33,450 bases of DNA from the IMG/VR virus record IMGVR_UViG_3300042303_000041, positions 134,648 through 168,097 of that record; one strand, written 5' to 3'. This DNA is from a virus. Its lineage: Duplodnaviria; Heunggongvirae; Uroviricota; Caudoviricetes. Positions 26,358 through 33,450 of the stretch are shown here, piece by piece; the stretch's first letter is position 1, and the number at the start of each line of letters is the position of its first letter. The notes below the pieces were generated by a model. It saw only the letters and a program-made list of their open reading frames with translations, was not told where the DNA came from and ran no database searches. Made by a program: the position numbers and the translations under genes.

Positions 26358-29081
26358 TTAAAAAGTTCTTGTTCTTGCAAGGTATGTTTCATCAGCAAAA
26401 TAGCTAAAATCATCATTGTATTGGTTGAAAAACACATTCCCGCTATCACTATTTATTACGAAAGATTGGGATGGGGTTAAGTTTAAACTTGAGTTGTTTC
26501 TGGTGAATGTTAATCCAGTTAGAGTGCCTGCAGTTGTTGCAATAGGTACGTTTGTTCCATATTCAGCTAACGTAAATGTATTGGGGGTAACACTACCATT
26601 TGTAGCGAGTAACTCATATAAATTAATAACACCAGGAATGTATCCAGAGATACTACCAGTACCTGTATTTGTTCCAGTAACTGATATAGTAAAGACATTT
26701 TGACCAAAGTAAATCTGATTACAAGTAAATGTTCCTGCAGTTCCTGTTACTTGTACATTAGCTAAAACGTTTTCGATAGTAGGTGGTACCACACGACTGA
26801 ATAATTTATCAATCAATAGTGGAACAGTATCTGTTGCTGTTACTGGTGGCGAACTGAATGGCGCTTGTACATAATCTAGCGATGGACTACTACTAGGAGA
26901 GAATGAACTTAGAAGCTGATAGAATTGCTCTATATTTACTGAATGAAGGAATAGTCCTGCTTGTAAAATACTTGTAAATGCGGGATTGGGATCTGTAGCT
27001 GGGAATTCGTTTAAAACGATATCACGAGCGGCAGAAAATGTTTGTTGTGGTAAAACAGTAGTGAATGCGGGATTAGGATCTGTAGCTGGGAATTCGTTTA
27101 AAACGATTACTTTAGGCAATTCATGTACAAATAGTTCCGCTTGTAAAATACTTGTGAATGCGGGATTAGGATTAGTAGCTGGGAATGCGTTTAAATTGAT
27201 TTCTGATACAAAAATTGGGTCACCAAAAGATATAGTAGATGCTCTAGAATCTTTCAGTTCTATATCAAACAAGTACGTTTTAAATGAACCCTTTACTCTT
27301 CCAGATACTGAATCCAGTAAAGTAGGATCATCAAAAGAAGTTAACAATGTAGGAGAATCTTCCTTCTCAAACAAATAGCGGTTAGCAGATTCTACACCTA
27401 TCATCGGTGTCTGTACATCTTTTTCAACAACCAGTTCTACTAATTGTGTGATAGGAATTACCTTTGATACGTTCGGTTCATTTAACGCATTTGGTGATCC
27501 CAGAGGTTGTTCAAATAAGTATCGTCTATCAAATTCTTGAGGGTCTAAAGTTGATGCCTTTATAGATTCAAACAAGTACGTTTTAAATGAACCCTTTACT
27601 CTTCCAGATACTGAATCCAGTAAAGTAGGATCATCAAAAGAAGTTAACAATGTAGTTGTAGACTGTTCAAATAAGTAGAAATCATCATCTGATGTTAGCT
27701 GAACTGAAGTTACTGGTTTGTCGAATAACAAATTAAACTCAGACAAGGCATTAACAACAGTAGGAATACCTGCAAATAATGGCAGCAAGATTCTAAATAC
27801 TGGTTCTACGACTTCATAGTTTAATTCAAATATGTTGTCTACTACATACTCAGCAAATAACTTTCTACCAATAGGATGCAACAAAGACATCACTGTTTCT
27901 TTGTATGATGATAATGCTTCATCTATACGCAGTACATATGAGTATTTTTGATAGTAATTATTATCTTGAATAACGCTATCTGGTGATGATACTAAGCCTG
28001 TTGAATTTTCGTAGTATCCTTGGTATTTTGCTAAAGTACCTAACACAACTTCTAACTCTGCAGAGTTTGCTGTTATTTCTTCGGCTACAGTAACTGAATT
28101 GAAGGAAGTCATAACTTCACCAACATAATCAGTACTGTAATCGCTAGTATAATAATTTTGTTTCGATATTATACCAGAATCTATGTAACGTTGTATCGAA
28201 GAGAATGCTGATATTTTAATAGGTGTGCCTAATGTAGTTTCTACTACATCACCTATTAAAAATGTAGATGGTAAATCAAAGGAAAACGAAGACTTATAAT
28301 TTATACCATAATTTATAATCTGTGTACTTTTTATACCACCAAGAGCAGTAACTTCAATCACTTTGAACGTTAATCCAGAACCAACATCTGATTCTATATT
28401 AAAAACTTGGCCAACTTTAAAACCAAACCCTGCTTTTTTAATTTTTATAGAAGTTGTGGTATTTACTACACTTGCAACCACGCCATCTTGGTTTATGGTA
28501 TCGCCAAATAATACTTTACCATAAACGTCTTTATTGATAAACAATTCATAGATAGACTCTGATGTTAAAACACTCTCTACACGTTTAACATAGATTCTAT
28601 TTTTAGTTGAAATTCCGTTAACTATAGTGTTTAAAAACACTACGTTGTTCTGTAATGATAGAATATCACCAGAAGTTAACTTAACGAAAATAGAAAAATC
28701 TTGAACCCATTTAGAGTCTGAGATAGTTAATAATTGTTCTCTAGGATAACGAATATCAACTTCTTTTTGGAACATCTTTCTAAAAAGAAATTTATAAGAT
28801 TCTTCACTTCCATGCGAAACTGCAATATGTGGAGTATTTTTAAGAAATTGACGATCTCTAGCAAACTGCGGGAAATCTACAGCAAACTCTTTCTTTAATT
28901 GATCTATAAAAATGTCTATTGTTTCGTCAACATCTCTAATCGTTTCTAAATTTCTATAAACATTTTGAGTTTCTAAAAATTTGTAGTATGCTTGAAGAAA
29001 TTCTACAAATGTTGGATAACTCTCCCTGATATGATCAGGGAGTTGTATAGAGATAAGATCTGATAATTTATTTTTTATCAT
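26358..29081 (-). CDS. gp7: Baseplate wedge protein gp7-like (907 aa) with a repetitive C-terminal extension
   Basis: N-terminus 'LxxLIxxQLPxxIRExYPxFVEFLxAYYxFLE', 'GSEESYKFLFRxxFxxEVxIxYP' and 'IQDxxYYQxYSYVL...Y...V..LLHPIGxKLF'. Position between gp6 and gp8. Confidence 0.82.
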   Translation of the reverse strand: MIKNKLSDLISIQLPDHIRESYPTFVEFLQAYYKFLETQNVYRNLETIRDVDETIDIFIDQLKKEFAVDFPQFARDRQFLKNTPHIAVSHGSEESYKFLFRKMFQKEVDIRYPREQLLTISDSKWVQDFSIFVKLTSGDILSLQNNVVFLNTIVNGISTKNRIYVKRVESVLTSESIYELFINKDVYGKVLFGDTINQDGVVASVVNTTTSIKIKKAGFGFKVGQVFNIESDVGSGLTFKVIEVTALGGIKSTQIINYGINYKSSFSFDLPSTFLIGDVVETTLGTPIKISAFSSIQRYIDSGIISKQNYYTSDYSTDYVGEVMTSFNSVTVAEEITANSAELEVVLGTLAKYQGYYENSTGLVSSPDSVIQDNNYYQKYSYVLRIDEALSSYKETVMSLLHPIGRKLFAEYVVDNIFELNYEVVEPVFRILLPLFAGIPTVVNALSEFNLLFDKPVTSVQLTSDDDFYLFEQSTTTLLTSFDDPTLLDSVSGRVKGSFKTYLFESIKASTLDPQEFDRRYLFEQPLGSPNALNEPNVSKVIPITQLVELVVEKDVQTPMIGVESANRYLFEKEDSPTLLTSFDDPTLLDSVSGRVKGSFKTYLFDIELKDSRASTISFGDPIFVSEINLNAFPATNPNPAFTSILQAELFVHELPKVIVLNEFPATDPNPAFTTVLPQQTFSAARDIVLNEFPATDPNPAFTSILQAGLFLHSVNIEQFYQLLSSFSPSSSPSLDYVQAPFSSPPVTATDTVPLLIDKLFSRVVPPTIENVLANVQVTGTAGTFTCNQIYFGQNVFTISVTGTNTGTGSISGYIPGVINLYELLATNGSVTPNTFTLAEYGTNVPIATTAGTLTGLTFTRNNSSLNLTPSQSFVINSDSGNVFFNQYNDDFSYFADETYLARTRTF
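26962..27197. repeat. Three ~87-93-bp tandem diverged repeats in gp7
   Basis: Each encodes (I/V)xLNxFPATxPNPAFTxxL. DNA core aatgcgggattRggatYWgtagctgggaatKcgtttaaa at ~26977, ~27064 and ~27157. Confidence 0.9.
27265..27655. repeat. Perfect 88-bp direct repeat in gp7 (27265-27352 and 27568-27655), 303 bp apart, in frame
   Basis: Base-by-base identical copies encoding TLLTSFDDPTLLDSVSGRVKGSFKTYLF. Confidence 0.95.
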
Positions 29082-30910
29082 TTTCTATTTGGAGTAAATA
29101 CATATGCAGAACCACCACGAGCACTACCTGAAGAGATAGGATCAATAACAGTTATGATTTTCATCTCGCTTTGTTGAATTCGAATAACTTGATCTCTTAG
29201 TGCGACAACATCATAAGAAGATGGTTTAAAGTAAAACATAAAATTATCTGAAGCAAGTGCTATTATATTTAGCCCTTCAATAGAAACAATACCTTTACTA
29301 TAGTCTATTGTGCCTATTGCTGCGTTTATAATAATTTCTTCTCCAGAACTAATATAATACATGTAAACAGTGCCTGCTCCATTATCTTTTAGATAGTAGA
29401 CTAAGTCACTATTTTGTATATAAAATCCAGTAGAAACAAACGCTGATTCTTTTGCACCAGTAAAGTAAATAGGATTGCCAATATCTACTTTATATTGCGC
29501 TGTTATATTAAATTTGGGGTAAAGCTCTCTAGATAATGAAACATTAGTCACGTTGTTTTGTATAGACTGATCTGCAGCATCTATTAAGCGAACAACCTTT
29601 GAGTGTCTGAAAACACTATCAAACTTCATTAGTTCAGTTTCACTGTAGTTATTAAGAACTTCTGCCACATAACCACTTATAGACGATGCTGATCTAGACG
29701 TAGATTTTGGATTATAATAAACAGTCGATTCTAGTATGATGTTCAAATATATTGGATCTACAATCTCAGCAACTGTTGTAACTATAGACTTTGGCTTTAG
29801 TATAACATTCTTAATGAAATCTTTTTCATTGTCGTTTAAGTAATCTTTAGTCTTTGGTTGGATTGAAATAAAAACTTTACCAAACTGCTGCGGTACATTA
29901 TCTTCTCCACCCCAGACTTGGATAGATTTAACGTTACTAAAGTTCTTAAAGATAAGATTCTTATAATCGCTTTCTGTAACTGCTCTATTTTGGGTAGAAA
30001 AATGACGTGGCGCATTAAATTTAATACTAGGTAATTCTTCTGCATTTTCTCCACCCATAGCCATACTGTTAGTGGTTAGTGTTATTGTACCATTAGAAAA
30101 TACAGAGCCATCTAACTTAAATGTTTTAGAACCATTAGAATCAGTACCAGAGGATGTTCTGTAAATAATACGTATATAATTACCAACACTTAATGCCTTA
30201 CCAATAACACCATCACCAAATTCAATTTGATAATTTCCGTTTTCGATTTCCTTTAGGTAATATACATTACTTTCAGGTGTTAATGCAATAACATCGTCCG
30301 ACAAAGAATATAAAGTCGATTCAGCTGAAGCTATTGATGGGTGAACATAAACTTCTAGTGAAGAAGTATCACATGGTGAGTTGTTCAATATAAACTTAGT
30401 ACCAATTTGGTATACATACTGTTCTGTGTGATAAATGCCTTCCATAATATCAAAGCTATCAAATGTATAAACCCCATCTGACAATGACACAGTCATTTCA
30501 TCTTTATTTGAAAAGTAATAACTACTACCATCGGTTGCGCTTGCTGTAAATACTGTTCTTGCTGGTAATGTTGCTAACTGCGGGTCTAAAACTAAACCAG
30601 AAACTATCAATGTAACGTTGGCTTTTGAACTGCGTGCAGAACGTGGCGTATATCCTAGCATTTTAGCTATTGATAGAATACTTTCTCGTTTGCTTGCAGA
30701 ATCTAAGAACATCTCATTCAATGCCATGTTGGTATACAACGCATTATAGTGAGTATTATATGCTAATAAATCCACCAAAACAGAAAGACCAGAACCTTCA
30801 AAATTGTAGTCTTTGAATGTATCTTGCCCACTCAAAAAACTCTTAAGGTTAGTTCTTATACCTTCGTAGCTTAATTCATCTACCTTAATTTTTTTATTTG
30901 TTTCTGCCAT
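29078..30910 (-). CDS. gp6: Baseplate wedge subunit gp6 (610 aa)
   Basis: 'ELxYxxIxxNLKxFLxxQxxFKDYNFEGSxLSVLxDLLAYNTHYNAxYxNMxxNExFLDSA', 'IxFGDGVIG', 'QNRAVTxxDY' and 'WGGEDNxPxxFGKVFISI' are gp6 motifs. Confidence 0.95.
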   Translation of the reverse strand: MAETNKKIKVDELSYEGIRTNLKSFLSGQDTFKDYNFEGSGLSVLVDLLAYNTHYNALYTNMALNEMFLDSASKRESILSIAKMLGYTPRSARSSKANVTLIVSGLVLDPQLATLPARTVFTASATDGSSYYFSNKDEMTVSLSDGVYTFDSFDIMEGIYHTEQYVYQIGTKFILNNSPCDTSSLEVYVHPSIASAESTLYSLSDDVIALTPESNVYYLKEIENGNYQIEFGDGVIGKALSVGNYIRIIYRTSSGTDSNGSKTFKLDGSVFSNGTITLTTNSMAMGGENAEELPSIKFNAPRHFSTQNRAVTESDYKNLIFKNFSNVKSIQVWGGEDNVPQQFGKVFISIQPKTKDYLNDNEKDFIKNVILKPKSIVTTVAEIVDPIYLNIILESTVYYNPKSTSRSASSISGYVAEVLNNYSETELMKFDSVFRHSKVVRLIDAADQSIQNNVTNVSLSRELYPKFNITAQYKVDIGNPIYFTGAKESAFVSTGFYIQNSDLVYYLKDNGAGTVYMYYISSGEEIIINAAIGTIDYSKGIVSIEGLNIIALASDNFMFYFKPSSYDVVALRDQVIRIQQSEMKIITVIDPISSGSARGGSAYVFTPNRK

Positions 30911-31302
30911 TATCGTGTTCTTTCTAGTGTCATCTGGAATGACTGTAGAGCCGTAGAGTTTAGTATGTAGTAATAGATACTTATCTCTAAAGAATTATTA
31001 GAGTCGTTTGGTGTTATTATAACATCCTGCAATGATATTCGTGGCTCAAAATTTTCAATAGTTTGCTCAACGACAGTCTTAAGCATTATTCTAAGCATAG
31101 GTGAATATGGCTCAAACATAAGACCACGTATAGGAGAACCAAGATTACTATTAAATGGACGTTCGTAATTTGCAGTTAGTATTAGATTTCTTAGTGCTTG
31201 ATTGACTGCAGCAGCATCGGTTTTTCTCGAGATATCATCTGTTATTGGATGTCTCGTGAAGTTTAAATCTATATCTGAAAAAATTGCTTGCTTTATAGCC
31301 AT
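30910..31302 (-). CDS. gp25: Baseplate wedge subunit gp25 (130 aa)
   Basis: 'FSDIDLNFxxHP...AVxQALRNLILT..YERPFxxxLGS.I..L.FE...IxNFEPRI' is a typical gp25 pattern. It lies directly upstream of gp6. Confidence 0.93.
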   Translation of the reverse strand: MAIKQAIFSDIDLNFTRHPITDDISRKTDAAAVNQALRNLILTANYERPFNSNLGSPIRGLMFEPYSPMLRIMLKTVVEQTIENFEPRISLQDVIITPNDSNNSLEISIYYYILNSTALQSFQMTLERTR

Positions 31303-31616
31303 TATGCCGCCATTACTTTAGTGCTGCCTGATGTTATTATATTATCGCCATAACTATCACCAATTCTACCAACAGGGCTACCAGCTGCATATACCTTAGA
31401 TGAGCCTCCACCTAGTGAAGATGTGTCTGGTGAGCATCCAGATTTTAAATGCGGTGCAACGGGATCTCCAACGATAACGACAAATACGCCTTCAGCTCGT
31501 ACTTTACTTTGACCTGGTGCTCCAGTTCTAGTCTTCACTGGAAATCTACACTTCTTTCCAGTGCCATCAGGTGACATAACACCGTCGGTTCCAGATGATC
31601 TTGCTATTGCTGGCAT
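31302..31616 (-). CDS. gp5.4: PAAR-repeat spike-tip protein (gp5.4-like, 104 aa)
   Basis: 'KVxAEGxxVVxVGDxVAPH', 'GSSKVYAAGxPVGRIGD' and 'IxSGSxKV' form a degenerate PAAR pattern with Cys/His metal ligands (C24, H, C). Downstream of gp5. Confidence 0.85.
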   Translation of the reverse strand: MPAIARSSGTDGVMSPDGTGKKCRFPVKTRTGAPGQSKVRAEGVFVVIVGDPVAPHLKSGCSPDTSSLGGGSSKVYAAGSPVGRIGDSYGDNIITSGSTKVMAA

Positions 31617-32284
31617 TATTTAATCCCCTTACCCACTTCGACAGAAAAGCTAGCAAGTGATATTGCATAGTTCCAGTAGAAGTATTGCTGTATGTTTTTA
31701 GTTGCAGTTTTTGGAATTCCAGAAGAATCTGTGTAATTAATATTAAAACTGTAAGTTCTAGAAACCTCTTTTGATGCAGGTTCTTGATAGTTAACAACTG
31801 AGAAGAATTCATCAACTTCAGTATTATTTATCGCAGATAAAGTTACAGTTTCGTTAGGTTTTAATAAGTATGTATAAAATTCATCTTGAAACAAACGTAA
31901 TGCAGTTCCAGATAAAATCATAGAACTAGCTGAACTGCTTTCCGCAGTAATACCAAACGCTACAGTATTTGTAGTGCATGTAACTGATGTGGCAAAAACA
32001 TATACAGGAACTTCCTCTGTTGATAGTAATTCATCTAATACCTTAAATGATAATTTAACAGAAAATGTAGTCCCCTGATATACAGATTTTATTAAGTTGG
32101 ATGGTAAAGCTAATCCATCCTCTGAAAATGTTGGATATCTATCGCCTGGAATTCCAGAGGGGAATCCAACTTCTTCTGAGTAAGATACAGTGACTTGTCC
32201 GCCAGTTGATATGTTAGGAACTATTAGATTGACATCATCGCCATCTATAACATCAACTATAGAATTAAATACAAGTTCAGCCAT
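31616..32284 (-). CDS. Hypothetical protein (222 aa) between gp5 and PAAR; position and C-terminal pattern reminiscent of T4 gp5.1
   Basis: Clean ORF with 1-bp start/stop overlaps on both sides. No motif recognised with certainty. Confidence 0.55.
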   Translation of the reverse strand: MAELVFNSIVDVIDGDDVNLIVPNISTGGQVTVSYSEEVGFPSGIPGDRYPTFSEDGLALPSNLIKSVYQGTTFSVKLSFKVLDELLSTEEVPVYVFATSVTCTTNTVAFGITAESSSASSMILSGTALRLFQDEFYTYLLKPNETVTLSAINNTEVDEFFSVVNYQEPASKEVSRTYSFNINYTDSSGIPKTATKNIQQYFYWNYAISLASFSVEVGKGIK

Positions 32285-33450
32285 TACTTAGGACCAAATA
32301 AGAAGAATCCCTTTGTTCCTGGAGAAGGAACACCTTGAGCATTAACAGTCTTATCATTATACATCGTGAATGCTTGTTTCAATCCACCTTGTTTATATGC
32401 AATATGAATCCAGTTTTGCCATGCGCCCTTAGATGCCGATGGATCTCTATATTCTAAAATCATTTGATGATACGGCAAAATCTTTTCTAGTTGAGCTGCC
32501 AGATCCAATGTTTCTAGGTAACGACCTCCTGGCCAAAGTTGGAAGTCCAACGCACGACCTTTATTGTGGTCAGAAGTATCTCCAGACTGTTTGACATTGC
32601 CTGGATTACGCAAGCCTGACGTAATAACCCAGCGCCCAGTTTTACTAGAAACTCTGTGCACACCAGCTGGTGGACCAAGAATATCCCAAATAGGTTCACA
32701 GATATTCTGAGCCAAGTCTGCCATGTTTGCCACAAGATCTGCTTGAGTAAACAGCTTGTAACCAGAGAACGAATCGCCTTTACCTGGAGGTAATTCAGTA
32801 TCTCTCAACACTGTTTGAGCACTCATTAAGTGACCAATTGTAAAGTTCTTAGACAGCTTGTAATCTCTAGTGAATGCCTTTGGATCAGCATTCTTATAGG
32901 TCTCACGATTAACATCTGTACCCGTTACATTATTACCTGGAGCTGGTTGAGCCAGCTCGGCATTAGCGCTAGAAGACGGTGCATTTGCTGGATTTGCGGC
33001 TTGTGGGTTTGAACTAATAACACCTGCTTGGGATTTACCTTCTTCACTATTCCACTCATCTGGAGTTTCAAACTTCGTGGAAGGCTGACCAACACGAGCA
33101 GGCGGCTCTAAGTTTTCCATAGCACTACCACCTGGTTCTGCCTTTTCAGGTGGTGTCAACTCTAGCCCTTCAATTGCTTCTGGTGCTTCTGCTTTTTCAA
33201 CATCTCCAACTGATGCTCCATTACCCAAATCAACTATTGAACCATCAATACTAGCAACACCACCAGCGGCAACATCAACGCTACCGCCTGCACCTAATCC
33301 AGCATCGCCACCAGCTTTAATAGTTACATCACCAGAGGCACCAATACCAGTGTCTCCGTCAGCAAACATAATAGCATCTCCAGATGCAGCAATGTTTGTA
33401 TCGCCTTCAGATGCAATTAAATTATCACCAGAAGTAACAATACTTGCATC
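32284..33450 (-). CDS. gp5: Baseplate central spike gp5 (C-terminal part; 5'-truncated) with beta-helix repeats plus a C-terminal M15-type Zn peptidase domain
   Basis: The frame is open to the window end (DASIVTSG DNLIASEG DTNIAASG DAIMFADG DTGIGASG DVTIKAGG DAGLGAGG SVDVAAGG), giving 8-residue beta-helix repeats. These end in IDGSIVDLG, like the T4 gp5 terminus IDGSRIDIG. A linker follows, then 'ITSGLR...SDHNKGRALD...WIHIAY' (H-x6-D...H). Confidence 0.85.
   Translation of the reverse strand, partial: DASIVTSGDNLIASEGDTNIAASGDAIMFADGDTGIGASGDVTIKAGGDAGLGAGGSVDVAAGGVASIDGSIVDLGNGASVGDVEKAEAPEAIEGLELTPPEKAEPGGSAMENLEPPARVGQPSTKFETPDEWNSEEGKSQAGVISSNPQAANPANAPSSSANAELAQPAPGNNVTGTDVNRETYKNADPKAFTRDYKLSKNFTIGHLMSAQTVLRDTELPPGKGDSFSGYKLFTQADLVANMADLAQNICEPIWDILGPPAGVHRVSSKTGRWVITSGLRNPGNVKQSGDTSDHNKGRALDFQLWPGGRYLETLDLAAQLEKILPYHQMILEYRDPSASKGAWQNWIHIAYKQGGLKQAFTMYNDKTVNAQGVPSPGTKGFFLFGPK

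Noticed and set aside
835-27378. About 25 plus-strand ORFs of 60-140 aa in the track (e.g. 835-1077, 4090-4434, 16277-16696, 22368-22751, 26986-27378)
   Set aside because: All lie antisense to long minus-strand genes and are V/P/A-rich mirror translations of Thr/Gly/Ala codons. They lack SD sites and recognisable motifs, so they are shadow ORFs.
26962-27655. CRISPR-like repeat-spacer array
   Set aside because: Repeats are in frame within the gp7 ORF, are 87-93 bp or 88 bp long with irregular spacing, are not palindromic, and there are no cas genes.
30910-31302. Lysozyme activity for gp25 (common database label)
   Set aside because: gp25 is established as a structural wedge/sheath-initiation protein, and no catalytic motif is visible.
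7264-32735. Short alternative-frame minus-strand ORFs (e.g. 7264-7485, 11282-11473, 17385-17588, 29836-30054, 31567-31815, 32514-32735)
   Set aside because: They are nested out of frame in confident genes, with L/V/Q-rich composition typical of off-frame reading and no independent initiation signals.
1-33450. Stop-codon reassignment or programmed frameshifting
   Set aside because: Standard code gives full-length, tightly packed genes ending in TAA or TGA, with no fragmented conserved genes. The in-frame TAA-CAA-ATG junction at 14347-14353 has no read-through evidence.

Overview
The whole window is the baseplate and tail-fibre module of a large T4-like myovirus, with a cyanophage/freshwater-phage-type gene order. 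All credible genes are on the minus strand. Read from the right end: gp5 spike (5'-truncated, with a C-terminal M15 peptidase-like extension), an unknown 222-aa ORF, PAAR/gp5.4, gp25, gp6, gp7, a 158-aa structural ORF, gp8, a 2598-aa VrlC-like protein, a small conserved ORF, then a bank of fibre/adhesin genes (664, 475, 727, 113, 70, 700 and 1852 aa) and a 3'-truncated LamG-type lectin. T4-type late promoter boxes (TATAAATA) and one intrinsic terminator are visible. No RNA genes, CRISPR arrays, integrases, invertases or reverse transcriptases were seen. The most unusual signal is a shared pool of ~50-90-aa 'plug-in' modules. These recur in unrelated structural genes (gp7, gp8, VrlC, fibres), sit in loops of host domains and are sometimes nested inside one another. 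All family assignments and alignments were made by eye from motifs; no database search was run.
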